Shown: positions 50,197 through 60,971, counted from the first letter of the stretch. The stretch is DNA of 64,000 nt from Candidatus Avedoeria danica (GCA_016703025.1 JADJCV010000004.1:1775412-1839411), one strand, 5' to 3'. The notes: generated from the letters alone by a model not told the origin. Numbers and translations: made by a program.

Positions 50197-52014
50197 TTGC
50201 CCACCCCCGCCGTGCTCGCCGTCGCGATCATCGCCGTCGCCATCGCCGTGATGCTCACCTCCCGCGCCCGACCGGACGTCGTCGGTCTGACCGCGGCGCT
50301 TGCGCTCGGCGTCGTCGGCGTGCTCACGGCGGACGAGGTGTTCGCCGGGTTCAGCCGATCGTCCGTGGTCACGATCATGGCGGTCTTCGTCATGGCGGAC
50401 GGGTTGCGGCGGGCCGGCGTGACGGACGCGCTGGCGGCGCTCCTCCTCCGGTTCGGCGGCCGCCGCGAGCCCCGCCTCGTGGCGACGCTCATGCTCACAG
50501 GCGCAACGCTGAGCCTGTTCATGAACAACATCGCCGCCGCGAGCGTCGTGCTGCCGATCGTGCCGAGCGCGGCGCGGCGGACGGGCGTCCGGCCGTCCCG
50601 CCTGCTCATGCCGCTGGCCTTCGGCACGACGCTCGGCGGGATGGCGACGCTCCTGACGACGACGAACATCGTCGTCAGCGGTGCGCTGCGCGACCGCGGG
50701 CTCGCCGCGTTCGGGCTGCTGGACTTCGCGCCCGTCGGCGGCGTGCTGGCGTTGTGCGGCATCGCCTACATGACGCTCTTCGGACGCCACCGCCTGCCGG
50801 CGCATGACCTCGGCGGACCGGACGGTCCGGACGCGCAGGCGCTGCTTGAGCTGTACGGCATCCCGGAGCGGCTCCTCCGGCTGCGCGTGCCGGAGGGCAC
50901 GTTCCTGCACGGGCGCACGCTGACCGAGAGCACGATCCGCGAGCGCTTCGACGCCCATGTCGTCGCCGTCGAGCGCGACGGCGACGTGACGCACGCTCCG
51001 TCGCCGGACTTCGTCCTGCGCACGGGCGACGTGCTCGTCGTGCAGGGACGCCTCGAGGACCTCGTGGCCCGCGACGTCGCGCCGTACTTCGAGGTGCTGC
51101 CGGTGGGCGGATGGGCCAAGGGCGCGCTGGCCGAAGGCGACGCCGTCGTGCTCGAGGCGGTCCTCGCGCCGCGGTCGGCGCTGATCGGTCAGACGCTCCG
51201 CACCGCCCACTTCCGCGCCAAGTACGGCTTCAACACGCTCTCGATCTGGCGCCGCGGCGCCCCGCTGGCCGCCGGGCTGGCGGATCAGTCGCTCCGCTTC
51301 GGCGACGCGCTGCTGCTGCGCGGACCCGCCGCGAACATCGCCGCGCTGCGCACCGAGCCCGGCCTCATCCTGCTGGCCGAGCCCGACGTGCTGGCCGCCG
51401 AGCCGCCGCTCGTGGCGTGGCGCGGCCGGCTTGCCCTGGCGGTGTTCGTCGGCACGATCGTCCTCGCCGCCCTCAACGTCCGTCCGGTCTCGGAGGTCAT
51501 GTTCGCCGGCGCGCTGCTCATGGTCATGCTCGGCACGCTCTCGATGGACCAGGCGTACCAGGCGATCGAGTGGAAGACGGTGTTCGTGGTGGCGGGGATG
51601 CTGCCGCTCGGGATCGCGCTGACCAAGACCGGCGCGGCGACGGCGGCGGCCGATGCCGTCGTCGGCGCGCTCGGCGCGCTCGGGCCGCGGGCGGTGCTCG
51701 GCGGCCTCGTGGTCGTCACCGTCCTCCTGGCGCAGGTCATGCACGGTGCGGCGGTGGCGACGATCATGGCCCCGATCGCGCTGGATGCCGCCGCGGTCGT
51801 GCATGCCGACCCGCGGGCGATGGCCCTCGGCGTCGCGATCGCCACCTCGATGGCGTTCATCACACCGCTCGGCCACCCCGTCAACCTGCTCGTCATGAGC
51901 GCCGGCGGCTACCGCGGCCGCGACTTCGCCGTCGTCGGCGCGCCGCTGGTGGCGCTGCTCGTGCCGTTGCTGCTTGTCCTGTTGCCGTGGTGGATGCCGT
52001 TGATCGGTCCGTGA
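50197..52014 (+). CDS. SLC13/DASS-family permease with two central TrkA_C (RCK_C) domains
   Basis: 605-aa protein with the CitMHS/ArsB-like TM topology and two ..VPEGTFLHGRTL../..VLAPRSALIGQTL.. RCK_C-like inserts. Start codon TTG or GTG is uncertain. Confidence 0.7.
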   Translation: MPTPAVLAVAIIAVAIAVMLTSRARPDVVGLTAALALGVVGVLTADEVFAGFSRSSVVTIMAVFVMADGLRRAGVTDALAALLLRFGGRREPRLVATLMLTGATLSLFMNNIAAASVVLPIVPSAARRTGVRPSRLLMPLAFGTTLGGMATLLTTTNIVVSGALRDRGLAAFGLLDFAPVGGVLALCGIAYMTLFGRHRLPAHDLGGPDGPDAQALLELYGIPERLLRLRVPEGTFLHGRTLTESTIRERFDAHVVAVERDGDVTHAPSPDFVLRTGDVLVVQGRLEDLVARDVAPYFEVLPVGGWAKGALAEGDAVVLEAVLAPRSALIGQTLRTAHFRAKYGFNTLSIWRRGAPLAAGLADQSLRFGDALLLRGPAANIAALRTEPGLILLAEPDVLAAEPPLVAWRGRLALAVFVGTIVLAALNVRPVSEVMFAGALLMVMLGTLSMDQAYQAIEWKTVFVVAGMLPLGIALTKTGAATAAADAVVGALGALGPRAVLGGLVVVTVLLAQVMHGAAVATIMAPIALDAAAVVHADPRAMALGVAIATSMAFITPLGHPVNLLVMSAGGYRGRDFAVVGAPLVALLVPLLLVLLPWWMPLIGP

Positions 52015-52103
52015 ATCCAGCAGGCCGTGAGTCAGGCCGTCCGCGAATCGTGTAGAATCGCCCGCCCGCCCCCATCCCATCGCCGCCCGAAAGGCCACCG
52101 CCC

Positions 52104-53627
52104 GTGTCCATCGAAGCCGACCTCGCCGAACTCAAGGCCCGGCTGCAGGAGATCGACGACCTGCAGAGCACGAACTCGGTTTTGGGCTGGGACCAAGCGG
52201 TCTACATGCCGCCGGGCGGCGCGGCGGCCCGCGGCCGGCAATCGGCGCTGCTGAGCCGGCTGTCGCACGAGCGCATGACGGACCCGGCGGTCGGCCGGCT
52301 GCTCGACGCGCTCACCGCGTGGGCCGCGGGACTGGATCCGGACAGCGACGAGGCGTCGCTCATCCGCGTCACGCGCCGGGACCACGACCGCGCGACGCGC
52401 GTGCCTTCCGCGTTCGTCCAGCGCGTGAGCGCCCATCTGGCGGCGAGCTACCACGCCTGGGAACGCGCACGGCCGGCGAACGACTTTGCGAGCGTGCGGC
52501 CGTTCCTCGAGACGACGGTGGCGCTCAGCCGCGAGTACGCGGGCTACTACGAGGGCTTCAACCCGGCCTACACGCACCCGTTCGACGCGCTGATCGATCT
52601 GGCCGAGGAAGGGATGACGGTGGCCAGCGTGCGGGCGCTGTTCGACGAGCTGCGAGCCGGCCTCGTGCCGCTGCTCGCGCAGATCCGCACCCGGCCCGAG
52701 ATCGACGACGGCTGTTTGAAGGGCGACTTCCCCGAGGACGCGCAGCGGACGTTCGGCGAGACCGTCATCCGGGCATACGGCTACGACTTCACGCGCGGCC
52801 GCCAGGACAAGACCGCTCACCCGTTCATGACCAAGCTCGGCCTAGGCGACGTCCGGATCACGACGCGGTTCAAGTCGGACGATCTGTCCGAGGGGCTGTT
52901 CTCGACGCTGCACGAGGCCGGACATGCGATGTACGAGCAGGGCGTCGCCGACGAACTCGACGGCACGCCCCTCTTCAGCGGCGCGACGTCGGGCGTCCAC
53001 GAGAGCCAGTCGCGGCTCTGGGAGAACCTCGTCGGCCGGAGCCGGCCGTTCTGGCGGCACTACTACGGTGCGCTGCAGTCCGCCTTCCCGGCGCAGCTGA
53101 TGGGTGTCGACGACGAGACGTTCTATCGCGCGATCAACCGGGTTTCGCCGTCCCTCATCCGCACGGATGCCGACGAAGTGACCTACAACCTCCACATCAT
53201 GCTGCGGTTCGATCTCGAGCTGGCGCTGCTGGATGGGTCGTTGGCCGTCGCCGACCTCCCCGAGGCATGGCGGGAGCGGATGCGCTCCGACCTCGGCGTC
53301 GTTCCAGCGGACGACTCCGACGGGGCGCTGCAGGACGTCCACTGGTTCGGCGGCCTGGTCGGCGGCGCGTTCCAGAGCTACACGCTCGGGAACATCATGA
53401 GCGCGCAGTTCTTTGCGGCGGCACGGCGTGACCTGCCCGACCTCGACGGGTCGATCGCTGCCGGCTCGTTCGGCGAACTCAGAAGCTGGCTGACGGCGCA
53501 CGTCTACCGGCACGGCCGGAAGTTCACGGCGCCGGAGATCGTGACGCGCGCGTGCGGCCAGCCGATGTCGATCGCGCCGTACATGGCCTACCTGCACGCC
53601 AAGTACGGGGCGCTGTACGGTCTTTGA
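52104..53627 (+). CDS. M32 metallocarboxypeptidase (carboxypeptidase Taq family)
   Basis: HEAGHAMYEQG zincin motif and overall M32-like sequence (..DPFDALIDLAEEG.., ..IRTDADEVTYNLHIMLRFDLE..). Confidence 0.85.
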   Translation: MSIEADLAELKARLQEIDDLQSTNSVLGWDQAVYMPPGGAAARGRQSALLSRLSHERMTDPAVGRLLDALTAWAAGLDPDSDEASLIRVTRRDHDRATRVPSAFVQRVSAHLAASYHAWERARPANDFASVRPFLETTVALSREYAGYYEGFNPAYTHPFDALIDLAEEGMTVASVRALFDELRAGLVPLLAQIRTRPEIDDGCLKGDFPEDAQRTFGETVIRAYGYDFTRGRQDKTAHPFMTKLGLGDVRITTRFKSDDLSEGLFSTLHEAGHAMYEQGVADELDGTPLFSGATSGVHESQSRLWENLVGRSRPFWRHYYGALQSAFPAQLMGVDDETFYRAINRVSPSLIRTDADEVTYNLHIMLRFDLELALLDGSLAVADLPEAWRERMRSDLGVVPADDSDGALQDVHWFGGLVGGAFQSYTLGNIMSAQFFAAARRDLPDLDGSIAAGSFGELRSWLTAHVYRHGRKFTAPEIVTRACGQPMSIAPYMAYLHAKYGALYGL

Positions 53628-53791
53628 CGGCCGGGGCGCCGTTCGGACCGGAATCGGACGTGCCTCGACGCCGATTCGGGCCTCCAGCGGGGTGCCGTTG
53701 GTTGACCGTTGCTCCCCGCCAACCTTAGAATCCCCCGCCGCACACGGGGGCCTGGCCCGATGCCCACACGGGTGCCGCGCCAAGCCGCCCC

Positions 53792-55267
53792 GTGCGCAGA
53801 GGCCCGATGTGCGGCCTTCCGCTTCTCTCAAGACGTCGAATGGGAAACGCGATGCCCAGCAACAGCCCGACCCGTGACAGCTCGACCGGTGGCGGCCCGT
53901 CCGGCCACCACGCACCGGACACCGGTCGGACCACCAGCCGGATCGTCATGGTCGCGCTCGGCGCAGCGCTGCTCGTCGGCCTGGCGCTCGTCGGTCTGCT
54001 GGCCTTCGCCGCCACGCCATCGAGCGCTCTCTACGGGACGGCGCGAACACCGTCGCTGTCCCGGACGGCGTCGGACGTGGCGGCCGATCTGAGCACGCTC
54101 TACAACCGGGTCACGTGGATCGCCGTCGTGATCTTCGTCCTCGTTCAAAGCGCGATCCTGTACGCCGCGCTTGGCTTCCGCCGCAAGTCGGACAACGATC
54201 CCGAGCCGGTCCAAACGCACGGGAACAACACGCTCGAGGTGATCTGGACGGTGGTCCCGTCGCTGATCGTCCTCGGGCTGGCGTTCCTGAGCTACCGCGA
54301 GATGCGCGCAGAGTACGTGACCGAGGTGCCCGACGACCTCGTCATCACCGCCACCGGCTACAGGTGGTATTGGGCCTTCGACTACGCCGACAAGACGCTC
54401 GGCGGGCCATCGGCGCCGTTGACGCTGACGACCTCCACCGAGCTTGTGATCCCGGTCAATCGTCCGGTCAAGGTCCTCATCGACAGCCAGGACGTCATCC
54501 ACAGCTTCTGGGTGCCGCAGCTGGCGGGCAAGCGCGACGCGGTGCCCGGTGCGCGCGACGGCGGGTACGGGATGAACTCGGTGTGGTTCGAGGCCGACAC
54601 GCCCGGCCGCTACGAGGGTCAGTGTGCCGAGCTGTGCGGGACGTGGCACTCCGGGATGCGGTTCTCGGTCGTCGCGCTGCCGGAGGCGGAGTACGCGGCG
54701 TGGGCCCGCGCGATGGCCGAGGTGCCGAAGGCGCCGACGGATGCGGCCTCGCCCGCGTACGCCGGTTACACATACGCCAAGGCGGTGTGCAGCGCCTGCC
54801 ACATGCTCGACCTCGTCGGGCCGGGCGGCGGACACGTCACGGAGACGCTGCAGGCCGGGAGCTCGTCCACGCGCGGCCCGAACCTGACCCGCGTCGCATC
54901 CCGCAGCCACTTCGCCGGCGGCATGTTCGAGACGACCGACGAGAACCTGCACAGCTGGCTGGCGGACCCGCAGGCGCTCAAGCCCGGGACGCTGATGAGC
55001 ATCAACGTCGCCGATGAGAAGACCGCCGCCGACGTCATCGCGTTCCTGAAGAGCCTCGCGATCGACGAGGCGGTGCTGGCGCCGGTTCGCGCCGCCGGCC
55101 CGCAGAACGTGCCGAACGACCTCGACGGGCTCGGCGAGATCGGTGGCGGCGCGGCGGATGAGCACGGCGGCGACGGCGAGCACCAAGACGAAGGTGACGG
55201 CGAGCACGACGCCCGTGCACCACGGGACGACACGCACCTGGCAAGCACGTTGGAGAGAACACGATGA
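53792..55267 (+). CDS. ctaC: Cytochrome c oxidase subunit II fused to a C-terminal cytochrome c domain (caa3-type)
   Basis: CuA site ..HSFWVPQLAGKRDAVPG..CAELCGTWHSGM.. and a CSACH haem c motif. The start could be internal (MGNAMPSNSP). Confidence 0.8.
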   Translation: MRRGPMCGLPLLSRRRMGNAMPSNSPTRDSSTGGGPSGHHAPDTGRTTSRIVMVALGAALLVGLALVGLLAFAATPSSALYGTARTPSLSRTASDVAADLSTLYNRVTWIAVVIFVLVQSAILYAALGFRRKSDNDPEPVQTHGNNTLEVIWTVVPSLIVLGLAFLSYREMRAEYVTEVPDDLVITATGYRWYWAFDYADKTLGGPSAPLTLTTSTELVIPVNRPVKVLIDSQDVIHSFWVPQLAGKRDAVPGARDGGYGMNSVWFEADTPGRYEGQCAELCGTWHSGMRFSVVALPEAEYAAWARAMAEVPKAPTDAASPAYAGYTYAKAVCSACHMLDLVGPGGGHVTETLQAGSSSTRGPNLTRVASRSHFAGGMFETTDENLHSWLADPQALKPGTLMSINVADEKTAADVIAFLKSLAIDEAVLAPVRAAGPQNVPNDLDGLGEIGGGAADEHGGDGEHQDEGDGEHDARAPRDDTHLASTLERTR

Positions 55268-56922
55268 CGACGATCAGCGGGGACGTGGCCGTCCTGCGCA
55301 AGCCGGGCGTGTGGGACAAGGGCATCGCCTCGTGGCTCGCGACGGTCGACCACAAGCGGATCGGCCTGATGTACATCGTGACGTCCGGCATCTTCTTCGT
55401 CGCCGGCGCCTACCTGGCGCTGCTCGTGCGCCTCGAGCTCGCGCTGCCCGGGCGACAGCTCATCGGCCCGGACACGTACAACCAGGCGTTCACGATGCAC
55501 GCCACGACGATGATCTTCCTCTTCGTCATCCCGATGTGGGTCGGCATCGGCAACTACCTTGTGCCGCTGATGATCGGCGCGATCGACATGGCTTTTCCGC
55601 GCCTCAACGCGCTCTCGTATTGGGTCTTCCTGTTCGGCGCGCTGTTCATGTACTCCAGCTTCCTCGTCGGCACGCCGGCGGCCGCGGGCTGGACGAGCTA
55701 CCCGCCGCTGACGAACAACGTCTACTCGCCCGGCGTCGGCGTCGACTTCTGGATCGCCGGCGTCCTGATCGTCGGCACGGCGTCGATGCTCGGTGCGGTG
55801 AACTTCCTGGTGACGATCTGGAATCTTCGCGCACCCGGCATGACGTGGATGCGCATGCCGATGTTCGCATGGGCCCAGTTCGTCACGTCCCAGCTCGTGC
55901 TCTTCGCGACGCCGATGCTGACCGGCGGCCTGATCCTGCTGTTGTTCGATCGGACGCTCGGCACGCACTTCTTCACCGCCGACGGCTACCCGGTCCTCTT
56001 CCAGCACATCTTCTGGTTCTACTCCCACCCGGCGGTCTACATCATGATCCTGCCGGCCTTCGGCGTCGTCTCGGAGATCCTGCCGGTCTTCAGCCGCAAG
56101 CCGCTCTTCGGATACAAGGCGCTCGTGTTCGCCACCGCCGGCATCGGCATCCTCGGCTTCCTGGTCTGGGCGCACCACATGTTCACCGTCGGCCTCAACC
56201 CGAACGCCCAGCTGGTGTTCATGACCGCCACGATGTTCATCGCCGTCCCGACCGGCGTGAAGTTCTTCAACTGGATCTTCACGATGTGGGGTGGTTCGGT
56301 CCGTCTGGCCACGCCGATGCTGTTCACGGTGGCCTTCCTGAGCATGTTCCTCATCGGCGGCATCTCCGGCGTCTACCTGGGCAACGTCCCGATCGACTGG
56401 CAGCTGCACGACACGTACTACGTCGTCGGCCACCTGCACTACGTCCTGTTCGGCGGCTCGGTGTTCGGGATGGCAGCCGCGTTCTACTACTGGTGGCCCA
56501 AGCTGTTCGGCAAGATGCTCGACGAGGGCATCGGCAAGGTGCACTTCTGGTTGCAGCTCATCGGCTTCAACTTGACGTTCTTCCCGATGCACATTCTGGG
56601 CGTCCGCGGTATGCCGCGCCGGATCTACGACTACGCCCCTGACCGCGGCTGGGTGTTCTGGAACTTCGTCGAGACCATCGGCACGCTGGTCCTCGGCGTC
56701 GCCTTCCTCGTCTTCCTCTACAACGTCTGGATCACGCGCAAGCGCAACGTCCCGGCACCGTCCGACCCGTGGGACGGCTACACGCTCGAATGGGCCACGA
56801 CATCGCCGCCGCCGGCCCACAACTTCGACCGCCTCCCGCCCATCCTCAGCGAGCGTCCGCTGCGCGACCTGCGCTTGGCGCGAGCTGCGCGCGCAGCCGC
56901 ACCGCAGTCTGGAGAACGATGA
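55264..56922 (+). CDS. ctaD: Cytochrome c oxidase subunit I
   Basis: Highly conserved COX1 sequence (..WFYSHPAVYIMILPAFG.., ..HHMFTVG.., ..YYVVGHLHYVL..). ATGA overlap with the subunit II stop. Confidence 0.9.
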   Translation: MTTISGDVAVLRKPGVWDKGIASWLATVDHKRIGLMYIVTSGIFFVAGAYLALLVRLELALPGRQLIGPDTYNQAFTMHATTMIFLFVIPMWVGIGNYLVPLMIGAIDMAFPRLNALSYWVFLFGALFMYSSFLVGTPAAAGWTSYPPLTNNVYSPGVGVDFWIAGVLIVGTASMLGAVNFLVTIWNLRAPGMTWMRMPMFAWAQFVTSQLVLFATPMLTGGLILLLFDRTLGTHFFTADGYPVLFQHIFWFYSHPAVYIMILPAFGVVSEILPVFSRKPLFGYKALVFATAGIGILGFLVWAHHMFTVGLNPNAQLVFMTATMFIAVPTGVKFFNWIFTMWGGSVRLATPMLFTVAFLSMFLIGGISGVYLGNVPIDWQLHDTYYVVGHLHYVLFGGSVFGMAAAFYYWWPKLFGKMLDEGIGKVHFWLQLIGFNLTFFPMHILGVRGMPRRIYDYAPDRGWVFWNFVETIGTLVLGVAFLVFLYNVWITRKRNVPAPSDPWDGYTLEWATTSPPPAHNFDRLPPILSERPLRDLRLARAARAAAPQSGER

Positions 56923-57161
56923 TGGATGACTTCGAGGGCGAGGAACTGCATGTCCATCTGCCGCCGCCGACGCCGTGGCCGCTCGTGTTCGGCCTCGGCA
57001 TCGCGCTGATGATGGCCGGCTTGGTCGTGTTCGCCCGCGAGCCGAAAGAGCTGGGCGAGTTGGCCTTCCCGTTGTTCGGGGCCTTCATCTTCTTCTTCGC
57101 GCTGGTCATGATGCTGCGCGACGACGTCAAGGCGAGCAGGCATGGCGACCCGCATCACTAG
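56919..57161 (+). CDS. Small two-TM membrane protein, oxidase-associated (subunit IV-like?)
   Basis: 80-aa product whose ATG overlaps the ctaD stop (ATGA). Two predicted TM helices. Confidence 0.45.
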   Translation: MMDDFEGEELHVHLPPPTPWPLVFGLGIALMMAGLVVFAREPKELGELAFPLFGAFIFFFALVMMLRDDVKASRHGDPHH

Positions 57162-57792
57162 CCCCGGCCCGCTCGGCCACCTGCCGCGGCGGCCCGTACC
57201 GCCGCCCGGCCTCGAGCCCGAGGCGCTGGCGGAGGCGTACCGCGCCGCCGGCCCGCGCAACCGGCGGCTGGCGATGCGCTTGGCGATCGTGGCCGAGGCG
57301 CTGTTCTTTGCCGGGCTGATCGCGGCGGTGTGGCAGATCCGACGCGACGCGACGGTGTGGCCGCCCGCCGGTGCGCCGCTGCCGGATCGAACGCTGCTCC
57401 TGACCAACACGGCGGTCCTCCTGGCTTCGGCCGTCACGGCCTGGCTTGGCCTGCGCTCGTTCGAGCGCGGCCGTGCCCGCGCCGGCTTGGCATGGACGGG
57501 CGCGACGACCGCGCTCGGCGTCGGGTTCCTGTACGGCCAATGGCGCGAGTTCGTCCACATGGGCGGCTGGCAGGCCGGCGAGGATCTCTTCTCGCCGTTG
57601 TTCAACATCCTGTCCGGCTTCCACGCCGCGCACGTCTTCGCCGGCCTCGTGCTGCTGCTCGTGACGCTCGCGTTCGGGTTCGGCGGCCGGATCACCGCCG
57701 GCGACCACCTCGTCGCCCGACTGAGCGCCTGGTTCTGGTGGCTCGTCGCCGCCGTTTGGCTGGTGCTGCTCTTGTCCTTGTTGTCGTTCTGA
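57142..57792 (+). CDS. Haem-copper oxidase subunit III-like protein (short form)
   Basis: 216-aa protein with about five TM helices and a COX3-like C-terminal region (..FHAAHVFAGLVLLLVTL..). Confidence 0.55.
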   Translation: MATRITSPGPLGHLPRRPVPPPGLEPEALAEAYRAAGPRNRRLAMRLAIVAEALFFAGLIAAVWQIRRDATVWPPAGAPLPDRTLLLTNTAVLLASAVTAWLGLRSFERGRARAGLAWTGATTALGVGFLYGQWREFVHMGGWQAGEDLFSPLFNILSGFHAAHVFAGLVLLLVTLAFGFGGRITAGDHLVARLSAWFWWLVAAVWLVLLLSLLSF

Positions 57793-57876
57793 GCCGAGGA
57801 TGTCGCCGCCTGCGGTCGGCTTCGCGGTCGCGGTTCGAATCGTCCACGACGTTCTCGTCATCCTTCCGGGAGGGTC

Positions 57877-58557
57877 TTGCCCATGAGCGCTCATGTCGAT
57901 GCCCCGGCACTGGCCGCACCAGCGGCCACCGCCACCGGGCTGCCATCGCGCAAGCTGGCCGTCTGGCTGTTCCTGGGCAGCGAGATCCTGTTCTTCTCCG
58001 CCCTGATCTTCAGCTACATCGTCCTGCGCATGACGTCGCCGCTGCCGACGGCCGCCGACCCGAATCCGGTGGGCATGTGGCCAACGCCTCATGAGATCCA
58101 GCATATCCTCAACATCCCGCTAACCGCGCTGAACACGTTCCTTCTCATCGTCTCGAGCGTGAGCGTCGTGATGGGGCTGGATGCGATCCAAAAGGGCAAC
58201 AAGAAGGCGCTGACGCGCTGGCTGGGCGTCACGCTCGTGCTCGGGATCACCTTCCTGTCCATCCAGGGATACGAGTACTTCAAGCTGCACGAACACCATC
58301 TGTGGTTCAACAGCATCCCGCAGGAGCTGAGCGACAAGGGCCGCAACGTCCTGATGGGGACGACGTTCTACGCGATGACCGGCTTCCACGGAATGCACGT
58401 CTTCGCGGGCGTCGTCATGCTCCTCATCTTCTTCGTGAAGTCGGCCCTCGGCCTGTACACCCAGCAGGATCACGAGGGCATCGAGCTGTTCGGCCTCTAT
58501 TGGCACTTCGTCGACCTCGTCTGGATCATCCTCTTCACGATCGTCTACCTGCTGTAG
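57877..58557 (+). CDS. ctaE: Cytochrome c oxidase subunit III
   Basis: ..FLGSEILFFSALIFSYIV.., ..TGFHGMHVFAGVVMLL.., ..YWHFVDLVWIILFTIVYLL. Confidence 0.8.
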   Translation: MPMSAHVDAPALAAPAATATGLPSRKLAVWLFLGSEILFFSALIFSYIVLRMTSPLPTAADPNPVGMWPTPHEIQHILNIPLTALNTFLLIVSSVSVVMGLDAIQKGNKKALTRWLGVTLVLGITFLSIQGYEYFKLHEHHLWFNSIPQELSDKGRNVLMGTTFYAMTGFHGMHVFAGVVMLLIFFVKSALGLYTQQDHEGIELFGLYWHFVDLVWIILFTIVYLL

Positions 58558-58613
58558 CCGTCGAACTGCTGTAGCCGTCGAAGTGTAGCCATCGCATCCC
58601 CCGGAGTACGCAC

Positions 58614-59015
58614 GTGTCCGAGCAAGCCACCGCCGCGGAGTCCCACACCGCCGAACTGAACGCCGTCGCCCATCACGGCCCGACGGTCAAAGCCTACTGG
58701 ATCGTCTTCGTGCTCCTGGCCGTGCTGACGCTCGTCGAGATTCAGATACCGACGATGATCGACGCAGGCGACCGGGCGCGGCCGAGCGGCTTGCTCGTCA
58801 TCGGGCTCATGGTCACGGCCCTCATCAAGGCCGGTCTCGTAGCGGCGTTCTACATGCATCTGAAGTACGACAGCCGCACCTACACCTATATGATGATCGT
58901 CGCCACGATCGTCATCATGTTCTTCCTTTGGCTGCTGACCTGGGGCACGGTCGGACCGTTGGACTTCGATCTGTTCAGCAGCGGGATGGCGGCGATCGCC
59001 TCCCGCTCGGCGTAA
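58614..59015 (+). CDS. Cytochrome c oxidase subunit IV (prokaryotic CtaF-like)
   Basis: 133-aa three-TM protein with ..KAYWIVFVLLAVLTLVEI.. and ..FYMHLKYD.. motifs. GTG start. Confidence 0.6.
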   Translation: MSEQATAAESHTAELNAVAHHGPTVKAYWIVFVLLAVLTLVEIQIPTMIDAGDRARPSGLLVIGLMVTALIKAGLVAAFYMHLKYDSRTYTYMMIVATIVIMFFLWLLTWGTVGPLDFDLFSSGMAAIASRSA

Positions 59016-59202
59016 CCCGCCCGCGATGCCCTGCACCGCACGTCACGGACGCCCTTGTCTTTGACGAGGTCATTGACAAGGGTTGCGGCCCTCGCTATAG
59101 TCGCCGACCACTCTGGGCCGCCTCCCACGCGGCGCCGATCGCACCCGCGATCGCGCATCCGCGGCATGCGATGCTGCCCGCACCACCCTGAGGAGATCAC
59201 GC

Positions 59203-60909
59203 ATGTCGCGCACCACCCTGCGGGCCGTGCGGGCGCTGGCCGCCGGCGTCCTGTTCGCCGGCGTAGCCGCCTGCGGCGAGCCGCCAGCACCGCTGCCCGA
59301 GTCCACGCCCATGACGGCGTCCTCCGCGCCCACCGAAGGACCCGAGGTCGGCAAGACGCCGGCCGACACGCTCGTCTTCGGCCACGCCGACGATGCGACG
59401 AAGCTCGACCCGGCCGACGTGACGGACAGTGAATCGCTCCTGGCCACGTGGCAGATCTTCGAGGGCCTCACGCGCTACAAGGCCGGTGGCACCGAGGTCG
59501 AGCCGGCTCTGGCCACGGAGTGGTCGGCCAGCGACGACGGTCTCACGTGGACGTTCAAGCTCCGGACGGGCGTGAAGTTCCACGACGGCACGGACTTCAA
59601 CGCCGACGCCGTGGTCTGGAATTTCAACCGCTGGTTCGATCCCACCCATCCCCAGCACTTCGCCGACTGGGAGTTCGAGTACTGGAAATCGATGTTCCAG
59701 GGGCTGAAGGACGAGAAGAACGACGACGGCACGCCGAAGTCCGTCTTCGCCGGCGCCGAGGCCGTCGATGCCTCCACCGTCAAGCTGACGCTCAACCGTC
59801 CGAGCGCGCCGCTCCTGCAGAACCTGGCGATGGGCAACTTCGCGTTCTCGAGCCCGGCGTCCGTCGAAGCCGCCGGCAGCGCGTACGGCACGCCGAATGG
59901 CAGCCCGATCGCCATCGGCACCGGGCCGTACAAGGTGGCGGAGTGGATCAAGGACGATCGGCTGCTGCTCGAGACGAATGCCGACTACTGGGGCACCCCG
60001 CCGGCCACGGCGAACCTCGAGCTGCGCTCGATCCCCGACAACACGTCGCGTTTCCTCGCCCTCCAGAACGGCGAAATCGACGGCATGACCCAGCTCAACC
60101 CCGACAACATCGCCACGGCCCAGGAGGACACCAACCTGACCGTGACGTTCGAGCCGCCGAACAACGTCGGCTACATCGGCTTCAACCAGGCCAAGGCGCC
60201 GTGGGACAACATCGACTGCCGCAAGGCCGTTGCGCAGGCGATCGACAAGTCGGCGATCGTCGACACGATGTACGCCGATGATGCCGAGCCGGCGGCGCAG
60301 ATGATGCCGCCCAGCCTCTGGGGCTACAACAAGGCTCTCACGGACCATGCGTTCGACATGGCCGGCGCCAAGACATCGCTCGAGGCGTGCCTCGCCAAGT
60401 CCACGCTACCGGAGAAGGTGCAGTTCTACGTGATGCCGGTGGCCCGCTTCTACTTCCCGCAGCCCAAGGAGTTGGGCGAGTACATCCAGGCGCAGCTCCA
60501 GGAGCTGGGCGTCACGACCGAGATCCAGTCGCCCGATTGGGGCACGCAGTACTTGCCCGACGTTCGGGACGGCAAGGCCGAGCTGTTCATGCTCGGCTGG
60601 GGCGGCGACAACGGCGATCCGGACAACTTCCTGTGCCAGTTCTTCTGCGGCGCCGAGTCGTCGTTCTTCAGCAAGGACGGCCAAGCGGCGCCGCCGGACG
60701 AGGCGCTCGCCACCCTCCTCAAGGAGGCCTCGGCGACGACCGATCCGGCCAAGCGAACGCAGATGTACGAGCAGGCGAACCAGATCGTGCACGACCTTGT
60801 CCTGGCCGTGCCGCTCGTCCATCGATCGCCGCCGATCGTCTTCCGCGCCACCGTCACCGGCTACACGGCCAGCCCGCTCCAGCACGTGCTGGTAGGGGTC
60901 AAGAAGTAG
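59203..60909 (+). CDS. ABC transporter substrate-binding lipoprotein, family 5 (DppA/OppA-like)
   Basis: Lipobox ..FAGVAAC, then SBP_bac_5-like sequence throughout. Confidence 0.8.
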   Translation: MSRTTLRAVRALAAGVLFAGVAACGEPPAPLPESTPMTASSAPTEGPEVGKTPADTLVFGHADDATKLDPADVTDSESLLATWQIFEGLTRYKAGGTEVEPALATEWSASDDGLTWTFKLRTGVKFHDGTDFNADAVVWNFNRWFDPTHPQHFADWEFEYWKSMFQGLKDEKNDDGTPKSVFAGAEAVDASTVKLTLNRPSAPLLQNLAMGNFAFSSPASVEAAGSAYGTPNGSPIAIGTGPYKVAEWIKDDRLLLETNADYWGTPPATANLELRSIPDNTSRFLALQNGEIDGMTQLNPDNIATAQEDTNLTVTFEPPNNVGYIGFNQAKAPWDNIDCRKAVAQAIDKSAIVDTMYADDAEPAAQMMPPSLWGYNKALTDHAFDMAGAKTSLEACLAKSTLPEKVQFYVMPVARFYFPQPKELGEYIQAQLQELGVTTEIQSPDWGTQYLPDVRDGKAELFMLGWGGDNGDPDNFLCQFFCGAESSFFSKDGQAAPPDEALATLLKEASATTDPAKRTQMYEQANQIVHDLVLAVPLVHRSPPIVFRATVTGYTASPLQHVLVGVKK

Positions 60910-60971
60910 CATACGCGACCGGTCTCGGCTGGTCGGCACCAGCGCCGACCAGCCGCGCCAGCGCCTGACCC

